Notes under the pieces: model-generated
What the model saw: the letters and a program-made list of their open reading frames with translations, nothing else
What the model was told of the DNA's origin: nothing
The model's database searches: none
Assembly: GCA_001643675.2 (NCBI GenBank)
Contig: LSRY02000003.1
Coordinates: 2,170,001 to 2,234,000, forward strand
DNA length: 64,000 nt
From: Monocercomonoides exilis PA203
Lineage: Eukaryota > Protista > Preaxostyla
Direction: 5' to 3'
Translations under genes and position numbers: made by a program
Shown: in pieces, positions 1 to 11,700 of the stretch
Numbering within the stretch: the stretch's first letter is position 1
How the letters are laid out: each line of letters starts with the position of its first letter

Positions 1-3000
1 ACGCAGGAAAAACCAGAGAAAGAAGAAGAGAAAGAAGAAGAAGAGAAGAAGAAGAAGAATAAAACAGAAGAAAATTCTGTTATCATTTTTGATGCAGAAA
101 AAGCAGCGAAGCTCAAACGAATCGCCACGAAAATGCTTGTTTATCAAACAAAAATGCGACTCATGAAAGATGTTCTTGAGGCAGATGAGGTTGTCAAAGA
201 AGCTGAGCTGAAAGCGAAAAAGGGGAATAAATCGCGTTTGCCATTGAAAGAGAAGATATTTTTCTTTGAAGACGCAAAAGAACAGTTTCCTTTGAGTGTG
301 AAATCGGAAGGAAATTCTTTGATACAGCTGCATTTGAATGATATTTCTCAATCAACTTCTTCCTCTTCCTCTTCTTCTTCTTCTTCCATCGGTTCACCAG
401 ATATTTCAACCCACCAGCTCACATTATCCAAACTATCCAAAAGACACACGATTTGGCAGCATCTTTCGTCAGAAGTGTCAAAAGAAGCAGAAAATGTGAT
501 GTCTGAACGGCGCTATCGGCGCATTCAGTTGCAGAAGCTTCACAAATCACTCGGTCAGTTCTTTGAGCAGAAAGAGCATTCGTTTGAGGAGCAGAGGAAG
601 GAGATATGCGGTGCGATTGCGTCGATGGTGAGGGAGTTCTGGAGAGAAGCAGAAGAATACGTGGCTTTGAAACACGCTGTGCGCAAAGAGGAGGCGCTGT
701 CGCAGGTGAAGACGCAGTCGTTTGAGTCGTTTGTGAGGCAGATGGAGTCGTGGAGCAGCAACATCGCCGCTCATATGGAGGGGGAAGAGGAGGAAGGAGA
801 AGAAGGAGAAGGAGGAAGAGAAGGGCATTTGATGGGAGATGAAGAGGGAAAAAGAGGAAAAGACAGAAATGAGCTTGATGCACTGCAAAAGGATGCAGAA
901 TTGCCACTCGAAGAATTGTTAAAGAAAATGTATAATTCTGCATATTTGGATTATGACAGAGGAAATGAAGAAAATGAAATGGAAATTGGAGACAGATTTG
1001 TTGAAGAAACAGAAAAACAAAGCGAATTAACTTCAACTTTGGAAGAAAAAGAGGAAAGTTTGATGAAAAAGAATGAAACTTCTATGATGAGCATGGAAGA
1101 TGGAAATGAATCTCAAATGCAAAGAGAGGAAAAACAAATAGAAGAAGATGATTCTGATGAAAACAAAGCAGAGACTGAGAAAGTTGCAACTCAATTAACT
1201 GAAAATTCATTCACCACAAATCCTTCAGAAGCAAATGAATGTGTGAAAGAAAGTGGAACATCGCAAACATCCTCATCTCCATCCAAAACAACATCTGAAT
1301 CCAACTCCAGCAACCAATTCCAACTTTCCTCATCATCCTCATCCTCTTCCTCCTCCCCCTCCTCATCTTCCCCCACTCCCACCATCTCTATTTCTCCGAA
1401 CAATTTCTCCGAAGAAGATTCCGATCTCCCCCCAACCGCCCCTTCCTCCCCTCACTCAATGATCCTCCGTGTGAGTGCCACTGCAACAGATGCAGCGCCC
1501 ACCGGGTGCACACTCGCCTCTTCCAATGTGCACACACCCGTTCCCTTTCTGCTGAGAGGCCCAGGGCCACTGCGCGAGTACCAGCAGATTGGGCTCGACT
1601 GGCTGGCGACGATGTACGAGAAAGGGCTGAATGTCATCCTGGCTGACGAGATGGGGCTGGGGAAGACGGTGATGGCGATTGCGCTGCTGGCACATTTGGC
1701 GTGTGAGAAGGGGATTTGGGGGCCGCACTTGATTGTCGTCCCTTCGTCGGTCTTGCTGAACTGGGAGGTGGAGCTGAAGAGATGGTGCCCGGCGTTTAAG
1801 ATCCTGTCTTACTACGGCACAGCGGCAGAGCGGAAAGCAAAGAGAGAAGGCTGGTCGCGGCCTAACTCCTTCCACGTGTGTGTAACGTCGTACAAGCTGG
1901 TGACACAAGATTACCGTGTGTTTCGGTCAAAGCAGTGGTGCTACCTCATCCTGGATGAGGCGCACAACATCAAAAATTTCAAGACGCAGCGCTGGCAGAT
2001 GCTGCTGCGGTTCAATACGCAAAGGCGGCTGCTGCTGACAGGTACTCCCCTCCAGAATTCAGTCATGGAGCTGTGGTCCCTGATGCACTTCCTGATGCCA
2101 GACGTGTTCCGCTCACAGAGCGAGTTCAAAGAATGGTTTGCGAACCCTCTTTCTTCCGCTGGAGACGAAAACGGAGATGTCGACAGGGCGATTGTGGCAC
2201 GGCTGCACAATGTGCTCCGCCCGTTCATTCTGAGAAGACTGAAACAAGATGTGGAGAAGCAGCTGCCAGCCAAGCACGAGCATATCGTCATGTGCCCCCT
2301 CTCCTCCAGACAGCGCCTGCTGTACGAGGAGTTCATGGCAGCGTCAGAGACAAAGCGAATCTTGGCGTCCGGAAACTACATGGGCCTGTGCAATGTGCTG
2401 ATGCAGCTGCGCAAAGTGTGCAACCATCCGAATCTGTTTGAAGCGCCGCCTGTTTTGTCGCCTGTGGTGCTCCCCCCGCTCAACATCGATGCAACTGAAG
2501 ACAGACAAAAGTCAATAAGGCGATTAAACGATGAGAATGAAGAGGAGATTTCTCCATTTGACTCAGATAGCATTCAATCTCTGACGAAGCATGCCCCTTC
2601 TTTTCCGCTTTGTGCATTCACCATCCTCTCTGACTCGCCTGTCCGCTCGTTCTTCACTCATTTCCCTCTTCTCCATTTGGATTCTCTTCACTTTCATTTG
2701 ACTCCTTCTTCTCTTCCTCTTCTTTCTCCTTTGGCTTCTTCGCCTGCACAGCCTTATCTGATTGAAGAAGCAGATTTCGAAGCTCAAAAGGAAGAGCAAA
2801 TTTCTTCTTCATTTCAACAGAATCCCTTTTCTATTGAGAGAAATATCAAAACACCTGAATATTCTTATTCTCTTGTTCCTTTCGCTGAAGATCAATTTGC
2901 TTCTCCTGTTTCTCCTTCTCCTTTCTCTCCTTTCTCTTCATATTCTCCTTCTCCTTCTCCTTCTTCTCTTTCTTCTTCTTCCCATTCATTTCCCTCTGAT

Positions 3001-6000
3001 TCCATTTCCTCCCCCTCAAATCCACTAAATTCTCCTCTTCGCCACACCCAATTAAATCAAATAGAATATTCCTTTCCCTCTCAATATCTCTTTTTTGATG
3101 ACAACACACTTCTGAAGCAGATGCTGTCACAGCACATTCACCCTGTTTTGGCTGCCCAGTTTTCATCGGCGCTTCGTTTCGCTTCGTTTTCATTCAGTTC
3201 CGCTCTTCGCGCGATGGAGGCATTTGACATCAATCCATTTGCGATTTCTTCAATTTTTGATTCAAACAAATCAAAATTAACAGATTATTCACAATCACTT
3301 CATGTTTCTTCTTCTTCTGCTTCTGCTTCTTCTTCTTCTGCATCAACTTCATCTTATTTCCCTTCGCCTCCTCAATATTCGCCTTTATCTCCTCAATATT
3401 CATCTCCTTCTCCTCTTCCTTCTCCTTTTTCAATATTTAATTCTCCTTCTCCTTCTCCTTCTTCTTCAACTTATCCGCTTCAACAACCTCATCATCAGTA
3501 TTCCCTTCAATCAAATTCTTCCTTCCAAAACTATTCATTTCCTCCTCCTCCTCTTTCTTCTTCTTTTTCCTCTCCTTTTCCTCCTCCTCTTCCTCCTTTT
3601 ATTTCCACCTCTCTTTCTCTCCCCTCCGCAGCCTCTTTTCCTCGTCTCTTCGCTCTCCTCACCCTCACCTGCCGTGATGTTGCCCAGCAGAATGCATTTT
3701 CTCCTCTTTCTTCTCCTTTTTCTCTTCCCGGCGCTTCTTCGCTTCCGGGCTCAAAGGCAGTTGCAAATCGAATCATTGAACTGGGAAACGAAGCAAACAA
3801 GCAGCTGCAGAACGTGATTGATAGGGTAGACAATGAAATTGTGAACACGAGAAAGAAAGGGCTGAAGAAGTATTTGGAAAATAGAGAGAATTCAGCTGGT
3901 GGGAAAGAAACGGCTGTGAAAGGGAGAAGTTTGTCAAAAGAAAAGAAGAAGAAGAAATGGATTCCGAGTGTTAATCTGAAGAAAGGAGGGAGGAAGAATC
4001 AGAAAGAAGCATTTTCAGAAGGTGTATTTAGATTATCATCATCATCTTCTTCTTCTTCTTCTTCTTCTTCTTCTGCAGCTGGATTGCTTCAAATGAATGA
4101 AGAAAACACAGTTTTCTCGTTTGAACAGCAAGAAATTGAATTCCCCCTTCCTCTGAAACAAAGTTATTCTTCATTTGCCCAAGAGAAAACGAGCAAGATT
4201 CGCTCTTTGCAAGCCGAAAAAGCGAAATTAACAGAAATTCTGAATGAAAATCGGATGAGGTGTTCAGAAGAGAACGTGATGCCTGTTGTGAGTGATGCGT
4301 GTGTGATGCTGCTGAGAGGAGGGCTGCCTTTGGCGGTGAATTCAAAAGGAAGGGAAATCCATTGGGAAACAGAAAATGAAGAATTTGATGTGAAAAATGA
4401 GGTTTGTGAAAGGGGAAATGAAGATAAAGAGGAGAAAATGATAAGAGATAAAGAGAAAGAAAATGATGATGATTCACAAAAGGAAGAAGCGAAGAAGAAA
4501 TTACCAAAGCAGAAAAGAGCAAATTATAAAGCCAAAATATTGAAAGATGAAAATGAAGAAGAAGATGATGAAGATGAAGAGAAAGAGAAAAAGATTATTT
4601 CTATTAAAAAATCTAAAGCGAAAAAGGTTGGTAATAAAAAGAATGAAACAGCTGAAGTGAAAAGAAAATCCATCAAACAAAAAGAAGAAGAAGAAAATGA
4701 AGAAGAAAATGAACCTTCGAAAAAGAAAAAGATAAGAAAATTGATTAAAGACGAAACAGATGCTGAGAATGAAGAAATAAAAGAGAAAGAAATGAAAAAT
4801 TCTTCTCAGTTTTCAAATTCACTTTCAATTTCTTCTGAAAAATCAAAGAAAAAGAAATCTTCGTCAGCTTCTTCTCCAACTATATCTCCTTCGCCTTCTT
4901 CTTCTTCTTCTTCTGATAATCCTTCTTCATTCGATCAATTACCTTCCTCATTTTTCGGTTTACAAACACAAAATTCGCCTTCTCACGCTTCACCTGTTTA
5001 TTCAGCGACAAGCACGCCTGTTATGAATCGCATTGCAAAAAACACACAAAATCTTCTTCAGTCAAATATTGCTTCATCATCATCATCTTCTTCTTCTTCT
5101 TCTTCTTCTTCAAAAATATCATCTGTAATTCAATCAACTCCTCAACAAGAAGAAAATGAAGAATCTCTTTTTGCAGCTTCAGATTGGGCGAAGATTGTTG
5201 AAAGAGCGAAAAAGAATTCAAAAACAGCTGGTGCTGTTATTTATGGAGATATTGAGCCATCAAGTGATCTTATGGAGAATACCCTTTTAACTTCTGTGTC
5301 TTCTTCAGAGAAAATGAAAAATACAAAAAATAACTCGTTTTTCACAAATTCTTCAGAAATGCCAAAAGAAGAATTAGACAGCCTCAGCCATTCAGTTTAT
5401 GCAAGCCCGATTTATATGGATGATTCTGATAAATATTTTGAAACGAATTCTTCAATTGAAAATTCTTCACAAACAAATAAACTTTTCGGCGAAGATTATC
5501 AGGAAATGAAGGAAAAATCACAAACAAAAGATTTTTCTTCGACTTCTTCAACGTCAGAATTTTCTCAACGTTCTGGTTTGCCTTCATCTTCACCAATTCG
5601 TCGCTCTCAGGTTGAAAAATTAGTTAGATCAAATTCTGCTAATCTTTCTGCTTCAAAAACAATAACACGTTCAAATTCAATGAACACTAAAAAGCAATCA
5701 GAAGAAGACGAAGCAAAAGGCAAGCCGGATAAAATTCAATTAAGAAAGACATTATCTTCTCAAAGGCTCAAAATGGAAAAAGTTTATGAATTGCGCAGCT
5801 CAGAACACACTGAGCAGTCAAATCTTGTAGCATTAAGTGGACATTTGTGCTGTGGTTGCTTGCTTTCACGTGATGGAAGGACAATTCATCCACAATTTGC
5901 TCATCTTCACGAGAGAGTCTGCACGCGAATGAGATGGTCGAATGTGGAGTTTGATGAAGAGATGCAACAGTCAACAGAACAAATTAATGAACAAAATGAA

Positions 6001-8526
6001 ATTATCAATGAAAACAACACGAAAAAGAAAGATTTGTCAAAGAAAAAATCTTTTTCATCAAAAATTGTTCGATCAAATTCAAAAGCATCACCACAAAATC
6101 TTCATTCTTCCTTTTTATTCTACTCTTCTCAAACTTCTGCTTCAAATAAAAACAAGGAATATTCCAAAGAAATTATAGAAATCCAATCTCATCCAGCGTT
6201 TGATTGCACCAACATTCTTCTCAATCTTGTTTCTCTTCCTTATCAATCGTATTTGTCATACGCCCCATTTTTCCTCAGTGAATGCGTTGTTCATCAGCCA
6301 AAAGCTGTTGCTTCACCAATCATTTTAAATCCTTTTTCAAATTCTATATCATCATCATCATCATCATCATCATCTTCTTCTTCTTCTTCTTCTTCTTCTT
6401 CTTCTTCTTCTTCTTCTTCTTCTTCTTCTTCTTCTTCTTCTTCTTCTTCTTCTTCTTCTTCTTCTTCTTCTTCTTCTTCTTCAATTTCTGATTATTCTTG
6501 TTCATCGCTGTGTGTATCATCTGCCTCTCAAAAATCCATCAACACATTCTCTCGTTTATTCATTGAAGCAACTCCTGTGTCACTTGCGCCTCAATTGTGT
6601 GTTGAGCAGTCAGAAAAGGGAGGATGGACTGTTGGAACTCTTCCTGTCACTCGAGTAAGTGGAGGTGTGTCAAATAGTTTGATAGAGAAACATATTGATT
6701 CAGATGGACATAACGAAAATCAATCTGAAAATGCATTAGAATCAGAAATCAATGATAACATTAACGGTGCTTTTGGAGCTTGGAATTCAATTGTTGCACA
6801 AAATAACCACAAAGAATTGACGAATAATAAATCAAAAGTTTTATCTAACGTTCATTGTGCTTCATTGCCTCATTCTTCTCAATTTAAAGAGAATTTTTCA
6901 CTTTCTCAGATATCTTCTTCTTCCTCTCCGATTTTATCATCTTCAACATTAGAAGACTTAATACCGCATTGTTCTTTATCGTCTAAGGAAAATACTCCAA
7001 TGCACATGTATTCATCTTCATATCCTTCGATCCATTCAACTTCAATCAACAACTCTTCCTCATTTGTCAATCCCGACGACTCAATCAGTCAAGAATGGAC
7101 TATTCCTTTTGCCCAAGCTGTTCGCACAAGACAAGCTTTGCAGTTTCCTCCGTCTCATCTTCTCGAACACGACTGTGGCAAACTGCAGTGTCTGGCAGTG
7201 CTTTTGAGCGAGCTCCGCAAAGGCGGCCATCGCTGCCTGATCTTCACGCAGATGTCTCGAATGCTCGACATTCTGGAAGGATTTGTGTCTCATCACGGAT
7301 ATCGCTATCTTCGCCTGGATGGAAGCACACCAATTGACAAAAGGCAATCGCTGATGGAGCTGTTCAACAGCAACTCGAAGATATTCCAGTTTCTGCTGTC
7401 AACGCGCTCTGGAGGGATTGGAGTGAATCTGACTGGAGCAGATACTGTAATCTTTTATGATACTGATTGGAATCCCGCGATGGATGCGCAGGCAGAAGAC
7501 AGAGCACATCGCATTGGCCAGACAAGAGAAGTGCATGTGTATCGCTTGATTTCGACGGCAACGGTGGAAGAGAACATTCTGAAGCGCGCCATTTGGAAGA
7601 GGAAAGTGGAAGCAGCTGTCACAAGAGAAGGAGACTTTACTTGTTCAAACCTTGTTCGTGCTCGTGATGTTCGAAGCTATTTGGGTGTTGGTGAGAATGA
7701 AGAAAAAGACCGTTCAAAATTAGAAGATCAACTTTTTGATCATTTGAAAGGGGATAATGTGAATGCAACAAAAGCGAATGAAATGCAACGCATCGGAATT
7801 GACTCAAAGAAAAGAAAAGAAGGATTTGGCCCTTTGTCTGGAGGCGCAAGTGAGATGCAGATTCTTTCGCTGGATGAAATAAAAGGTGTTTTTGATAAAG
7901 AAATTGAAGAAGATAACCAAAAATTAGAAGAAGAAGAAGATAATGATGATGAAGAAGAAATAATAGATTTTTCAAAAGAAGAGCAAAGATTCAGCACACA
8001 AGATATGGATGGCCAAGGAGAAGTGGCAGATATCATTAACGAATCAAAAGAGATTCAGCAGATGATGAATGAAGTTGAGGACGATGAAGATAAACAGGCA
8101 GCTTTGAATGCCCAGCGTGAAATATTGAGGGACAAATCGCTGTTAACGAACGACTTTGACGAGCATTTGCTTGCCTCGCCTGGAAACATGCCTGCTTCTC
8201 CGTCTGCTTCTTTGACGCCTCGAATTCTGCGAACTCCGAATGCTTTTCAAACACCTGTGTCATCTGCTGATTTTGCAACAATTTCCACTCCTGAGCCAAT
8301 TCAGTCACAGGAAATTTTGACGCAAAACGAAGAATTTCAAGCAATGGAATCTGGATTTACTCTGTTACAGCGATACGCTATACGCTATTTAAGTAGAGAA
8401 GAAGATGAGTTATTTGAGATGGATTTGCTAAAAGAAACTCAAAAAATGAAAGCCGAGACAGAAAAACATCAGAAAAAGATACAAGAGCTAATTTTAAAAA
8501 ATGACAAGACAAAAAGGCAAAGATAA
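1..8526 (+). CDS. SWR1: SWR1/SRCAP/Domino-type SNF2 chromatin-remodelling ATPase (H2A.Z exchange), probably 5'-partial
   Basis: Motifs LREYQ..GLDWL, ILADEMGLGKT, LILDEAHNIKNFK, LLLTGTPLQN and LRKVCNHP, then a very long insertion, then DCGKLQ, LIFTQM, LSTRSGGIGVNLTGADTVIFYDTDWNPAMDAQAEDRAHRIGQTREVH. An HSA-like helical region lies at the N-terminus. Frame 1 has no stop from base 1 to the ATG at 133, so the gene probably starts upstream of the window. Confidence 0.93.
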   Translation, partial: TQEKPEKEEEKEEEEKKKKNKTEENSVIIFDAEKAAKLKRIATKMLVYQTKMRLMKDVLEADEVVKEAELKAKKGNKSRLPLKEKIFFFEDAKEQFPLSVKSEGNSLIQLHLNDISQSTSSSSSSSSSSIGSPDISTHQLTLSKLSKRHTIWQHLSSEVSKEAENVMSERRYRRIQLQKLHKSLGQFFEQKEHSFEEQRKEICGAIASMVREFWREAEEYVALKHAVRKEEALSQVKTQSFESFVRQMESWSSNIAAHMEGEEEEGEEGEGGREGHLMGDEEGKRGKDRNELDALQKDAELPLEELLKKMYNSAYLDYDRGNEENEMEIGDRFVEETEKQSELTSTLEEKEESLMKKNETSMMSMEDGNESQMQREEKQIEEDDSDENKAETEKVATQLTENSFTTNPSEANECVKESGTSQTSSSPSKTTSESNSSNQFQLSSSSSSSSSSPSSSSPTPTISISPNNFSEEDSDLPPTAPSSPHSMILRVSATATDAAPTGCTLASSNVHTPVPFLLRGPGPLREYQQIGLDWLATMYEKGLNVILADEMGLGKTVMAIALLAHLACEKGIWGPHLIVVPSSVLLNWEVELKRWCPAFKILSYYGTAAERKAKREGWSRPNSFHVCVTSYKLVTQDYRVFRSKQWCYLILDEAHNIKNFKTQRWQMLLRFNTQRRLLLTGTPLQNSVMELWSLMHFLMPDVFRSQSEFKEWFANPLSSAGDENGDVDRAIVARLHNVLRPFILRRLKQDVEKQLPAKHEHIVMCPLSSRQRLLYEEFMAASETKRILASGNYMGLCNVLMQLRKVCNHPNLFEAPPVLSPVVLPPLNIDATEDRQKSIRRLNDENEEEISPFDSDSIQSLTKHAPSFPLCAFTILSDSPVRSFFTHFPLLHLDSLHFHLTPSSLPLLSPLASSPAQPYLIEEADFEAQKEEQISSSFQQNPFSIERNIKTPEYSYSLVPFAEDQFASPVSPSPFSPFSSYSPSPSPSSLSSSSHSFPSDSISSPSNPLNSPLRHTQLNQIEYSFPSQYLFFDDNTLLKQMLSQHIHPVLAAQFSSALRFASFSFSSALRAMEAFDINPFAISSIFDSNKSKLTDYSQSLHVSSSSASASSSSASTSSYFPSPPQYSPLSPQYSSPSPLPSPFSIFNSPSPSPSSSTYPLQQPHHQYSLQSNSSFQNYSFPPPPLSSSFSSPFPPPLPPFISTSLSLPSAASFPRLFALLTLTCRDVAQQNAFSPLSSPFSLPGASSLPGSKAVANRIIELGNEANKQLQNVIDRVDNEIVNTRKKGLKKYLENRENSAGGKETAVKGRSLSKEKKKKKWIPSVNLKKGGRKNQKEAFSEGVFRLSSSSSSSSSSSSSAAGLLQMNEENTVFSFEQQEIEFPLPLKQSYSSFAQEKTSKIRSLQAEKAKLTEILNENRMRCSEENVMPVVSDACVMLLRGGLPLAVNSKGREIHWETENEEFDVKNEVCERGNEDKEEKMIRDKEKENDDDSQKEEAKKKLPKQKRANYKAKILKDENEEEDDEDEEKEKKIISIKKSKAKKVGNKKNETAEVKRKSIKQKEEEENEEENEPSKKKKIRKLIKDETDAENEEIKEKEMKNSSQFSNSLSISSEKSKKKKSSSASSPTISPSPSSSSSSDNPSSFDQLPSSFFGLQTQNSPSHASPVYSATSTPVMNRIAKNTQNLLQSNIASSSSSSSSSSSSSKISSVIQSTPQQEENEESLFAASDWAKIVERAKKNSKTAGAVIYGDIEPSSDLMENTLLTSVSSSEKMKNTKNNSFFTNSSEMPKEELDSLSHSVYASPIYMDDSDKYFETNSSIENSSQTNKLFGEDYQEMKEKSQTKDFSSTSSTSEFSQRSGLPSSSPIRRSQVEKLVRSNSANLSASKTITRSNSMNTKKQSEEDEAKGKPDKIQLRKTLSSQRLKMEKVYELRSSEHTEQSNLVALSGHLCCGCLLSRDGRTIHPQFAHLHERVCTRMRWSNVEFDEEMQQSTEQINEQNEIINENNTKKKDLSKKKSFSSKIVRSNSKASPQNLHSSFLFYSSQTSASNKNKEYSKEIIEIQSHPAFDCTNILLNLVSLPYQSYLSYAPFFLSECVVHQPKAVASPIILNPFSNSISSSSSSSSSSSSSSSSSSSSSSSSSSSSSSSSSSSSSSSSSSSSSISDYSCSSLCVSSASQKSINTFSRLFIEATPVSLAPQLCVEQSEKGGWTVGTLPVTRVSGGVSNSLIEKHIDSDGHNENQSENALESEINDNINGAFGAWNSIVAQNNHKELTNNKSKVLSNVHCASLPHSSQFKENFSLSQISSSSSPILSSSTLEDLIPHCSLSSKENTPMHMYSSSYPSIHSTSINNSSSFVNPDDSISQEWTIPFAQAVRTRQALQFPPSHLLEHDCGKLQCLAVLLSELRKGGHRCLIFTQMSRMLDILEGFVSHHGYRYLRLDGSTPIDKRQSLMELFNSNSKIFQFLLSTRSGGIGVNLTGADTVIFYDTDWNPAMDAQAEDRAHRIGQTREVHVYRLISTATVEENILKRAIWKRKVEAAVTREGDFTCSNLVRARDVRSYLGVGENEEKDRSKLEDQLFDHLKGDNVNATKANEMQRIGIDSKKRKEGFGPLSGGASEMQILSLDEIKGVFDKEIEEDNQKLEEEEDNDDEEEIIDFSKEEQRFSTQDMDGQGEVADIINESKEIQQMMNEVEDDEDKQAALNAQREILRDKSLLTNDFDEHLLASPGNMPASPSASLTPRILRTPNAFQTPVSSADFATISTPEPIQSQEILTQNEEFQAMESGFTLLQRYAIRYLSREEDELFEMDLLKETQKMKAETEKHQKKIQELILKNDKTKRQR
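6349..6483 (+). repeat. (TCA)n(TCT)n microsatellite encoding 45 consecutive Ser in the SWR1 insertion
   Basis: Read directly from the sequence; in frame with SWR1. Confidence 0.95.
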
Positions 8527-8710
8527 TATCAAACGTTAGTCATGCTTTATTTATTTGTAATCTTGTTTCAGTTATTTTGGCATTTGTGTAATTTAATCAT
8601 TTTCAAGTCCCATATCAAAATTGTTTTTTAAATTATTTTTTTATTTTATTTTCTAAAAGCTATTTTAAAGGAATTTCTAAACTTTCATATTTGATTCTTG
8701 ATAAAGTTTT

Positions 8711-11700
8711 ATGTTTGAATCTTCTGATGCGGAAGAGGACACGAGTTGGACCAAGGATTGGTGGTTTCGGGAAAATCATAGAGAATTCTTTGATTTTAAG
8801 CAATTTCAAAAATTCTACAAGAATAAAATGAATTTACAGCAAAACAAAGATATTTCTTGTTCTTCTACAAAAACTCAAAGACATGATAGAAAGTGCCTCG
8901 ATGTTGTGTTTCAAGATCTTCCTCAGGAATATAATCAACGATATCGATTGAATCATGCGGTTATCGCATCTTTAAAGGAAAAGAACGAAGATAAAATTGA
9001 GATATTTAGACAACTTAGCCTTTACGAAGACTTTTTACAAAAAGATCGTTTCCAGAAAATCAGAAAAATTATTGAAACAAAGCAGCAATTACCCATTAGA
9101 GAAGCTCGTGACGAAATACTTCGAAAGGTTGAAGAAAATGATGTTGTGATCATTGCTGGTGATACAGGATGTGGAAAAAGTACACAGGTTCCTCAATATT
9201 TGTTGGAAGATGGCTACAATCACATTGTTTGCACGCAACCTCGCAGAATATCTGCAGTTTCTTTGTGTAAGAGAGTTCAAATGGAAACATTTAACACTTT
9301 TGGGAACTCTGTTGGATTTTCAATTCGATTTGAAACATCAAAAACGAAAGATACTCGGATTGTTTTTGCGACAGAAGGTGTTTTACTAAGACAATTTGAA
9401 AGTGACACACTTCTGAACGATTACAATCTCATAATTATTGATGAAGTTCATGAACGTCATCTCACATGCGATTTTCTGTTGTCAATTTTGCGCTCGCTTC
9501 TTCAGAAAAGAAATGAAATCGATGAAGAAGATTTCGAGCAGCTTGGAATATCTTCTTCAATTGCTTCTCATGATAATAACTCTAAAAATTCGTTGATTTA
9601 TTCTTCTGCATCTGATCCAATTACATCGCATCATCAACATCAAAGCTGTAAAATACCATTTGTTCGCACTCGGCGTGATCTCCACGGAAGATTAAAAGTT
9701 ATTTTGATGAGTGCAACAATATCTCCAGAAAAGTTCTCTCGCTTCTTTGGTGGAGCACCTGTTGTGCTTGTCCCTGGGGGACTGTATCCAATCAAAGTGG
9801 ATTATATTGGTGAATCGCTTTCTATTCAATCTGAAAGGGAGATGGAAGGCACACAAGGAAAAAAAGTTATAAGTGTGATGTCATGGAGAATGTGAGATCA
9901 TTCCTTTTTTTTTTCAAATTATTTTTGTGGAAAATATCATTTTTGATTTGATGTTTGAATATTTTTATTTATTTATTTATTTTGTCTTTCGTTCCACTTT
10001 ATTCAGCATTCATTTGTTTTTTGTATATTATTCATTTTTATTCATTAATAAAGAGCCACCTTCATTCAATTCCTTGTCAGTTCTCCGACTGCTCAAAAAA
10101 ATCGAAAAAGAATATCCTCTTTCAGAGAGGGGTGATGTTCTTGTGTTTGTTTCAGGGCAGCAGCAAATTATGGAGCTTCTTCAAGCTGTTCGAGTTGCTG
10201 GTGGGGAATTTCGAAGAAATATGGTGAATGATGGAAAGAGGGGAAAAGATAAAACAAGTGAAAGGCAATCTTCAAGATCATCTGAATATTCAAGCAGAGA
10301 TCATTATGAAAGAAACGGTAGCGATGATGATAAATTTGATGATAGAGAAGAAGCAAAAATGAACGAAACAGGTGATGTTAGCCCGTTTGACTTGCCTTCA
10401 ACCCAAAAAGCTATCTTTCTTTCTCCAATTTGGATCATTCTTCCGCTGCACTCATCCTTAAGCATCGAAGAGCAGGATAAAATATTCATTCCTTCGCCTC
10501 TCTTCACACGAAAGTTGATTGTATCCACAAACATTGCTGAGACGTCAGTGACAATCGATGGTGTGCGCTTTGTGATTGACAGTGGTTTGGAAAAGCAGCT
10601 GCAATTTGATGCAACAACGCACATTTCTGCACTGAAAGAAGGATGGATTTCACGAGCATCTGCCGAGCAGCGGAAAGGGAGAGCTGGCAGAACTGGGCCT
10701 GGAAAGTGTTTTCGGTTGTACAACAAAGAACAGTTCGGGCGGATGAGAGCAGAAACAGTGCCAGAGATTCTGCGCATCCCTCTTACGTCTCTTGTGTTGA
10801 AGATTGTGTCTCTACAGCTGGGCGATCCTCGGAGCTTTGAGATGATGGAGAAGATGAGAGAGGATCTTGTGGAAGGAGCACTGGTGCAGCTGAAACGAAT
10901 GGGTGCAGTAAAGATTATGGATGTGTACTCAAAGGAAGAGAGAGAAGGAGAAGAGGATAAACAAAAAACGAATGAAGAAGATTCGAAGAGTAAAAAATTA
11001 CCTCCAACGGATGAAAAGAATATGATTGTCGAAGAAAATACGTGTCAGCAAGAAGTTGTTCCTTCTGTTTTGGGTTCAATTATCTCCAAACTGCCAATTG
11101 AACCACAGTTGGCTAAGCTTCTTGTGATTGGATGTGTTGTCGGAAAAGCAATGCAATCCGGAAAATCAATTGCAAAGAAGAATGATTACGGTTCAGATTG
11201 TGATGATGATGAAAAAGACGAATCCGTTCGTTCTTGGAAGCATATAAGTGATTCTGATTCATTCGATGAACCGCAAAACTCTTCAGATCATAAACGTCAC
11301 AGAAATAAGCACTCTTATTATTCACAACATGAACATGAACAAAATGAACTTAGCGAGGCAGATGATGAGTCAGATAAGCCTTCTCGCTTTGTAGACATTC
11401 TGCTAAATGCAGCTGCAATGATGAGTGGGCAATCACCATTTTTGAATCTTCAGCTGAAAGGAGATTCAGCCTCGCGTGCTACGTCGGTTATTCCTCCTTC
11501 TCTTTCATCTTCTTCTCATCAGGCTTCTTTTTCTGCCTCTTCAACGACTGCGCAAAATTCAGCAGCTTCTGCTTTTGCTGATGAACGAGGTGAGCCATTT
11601 GTGCTGCTTAAAGTTTTGGATGAATGGGCAGAGTTGAAAAAGAAAAAGCAGCGTAGGGCTCATAATCATAAACACAGTCAGCATTCTTCTCACGGGACAA

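Noticed and set aside
9927-10050. Hydrophobic N-terminus of the 1470-aa ORF as a signal or transmembrane segment
   Set aside because: It is intron sequence between the two DHX34 exons.
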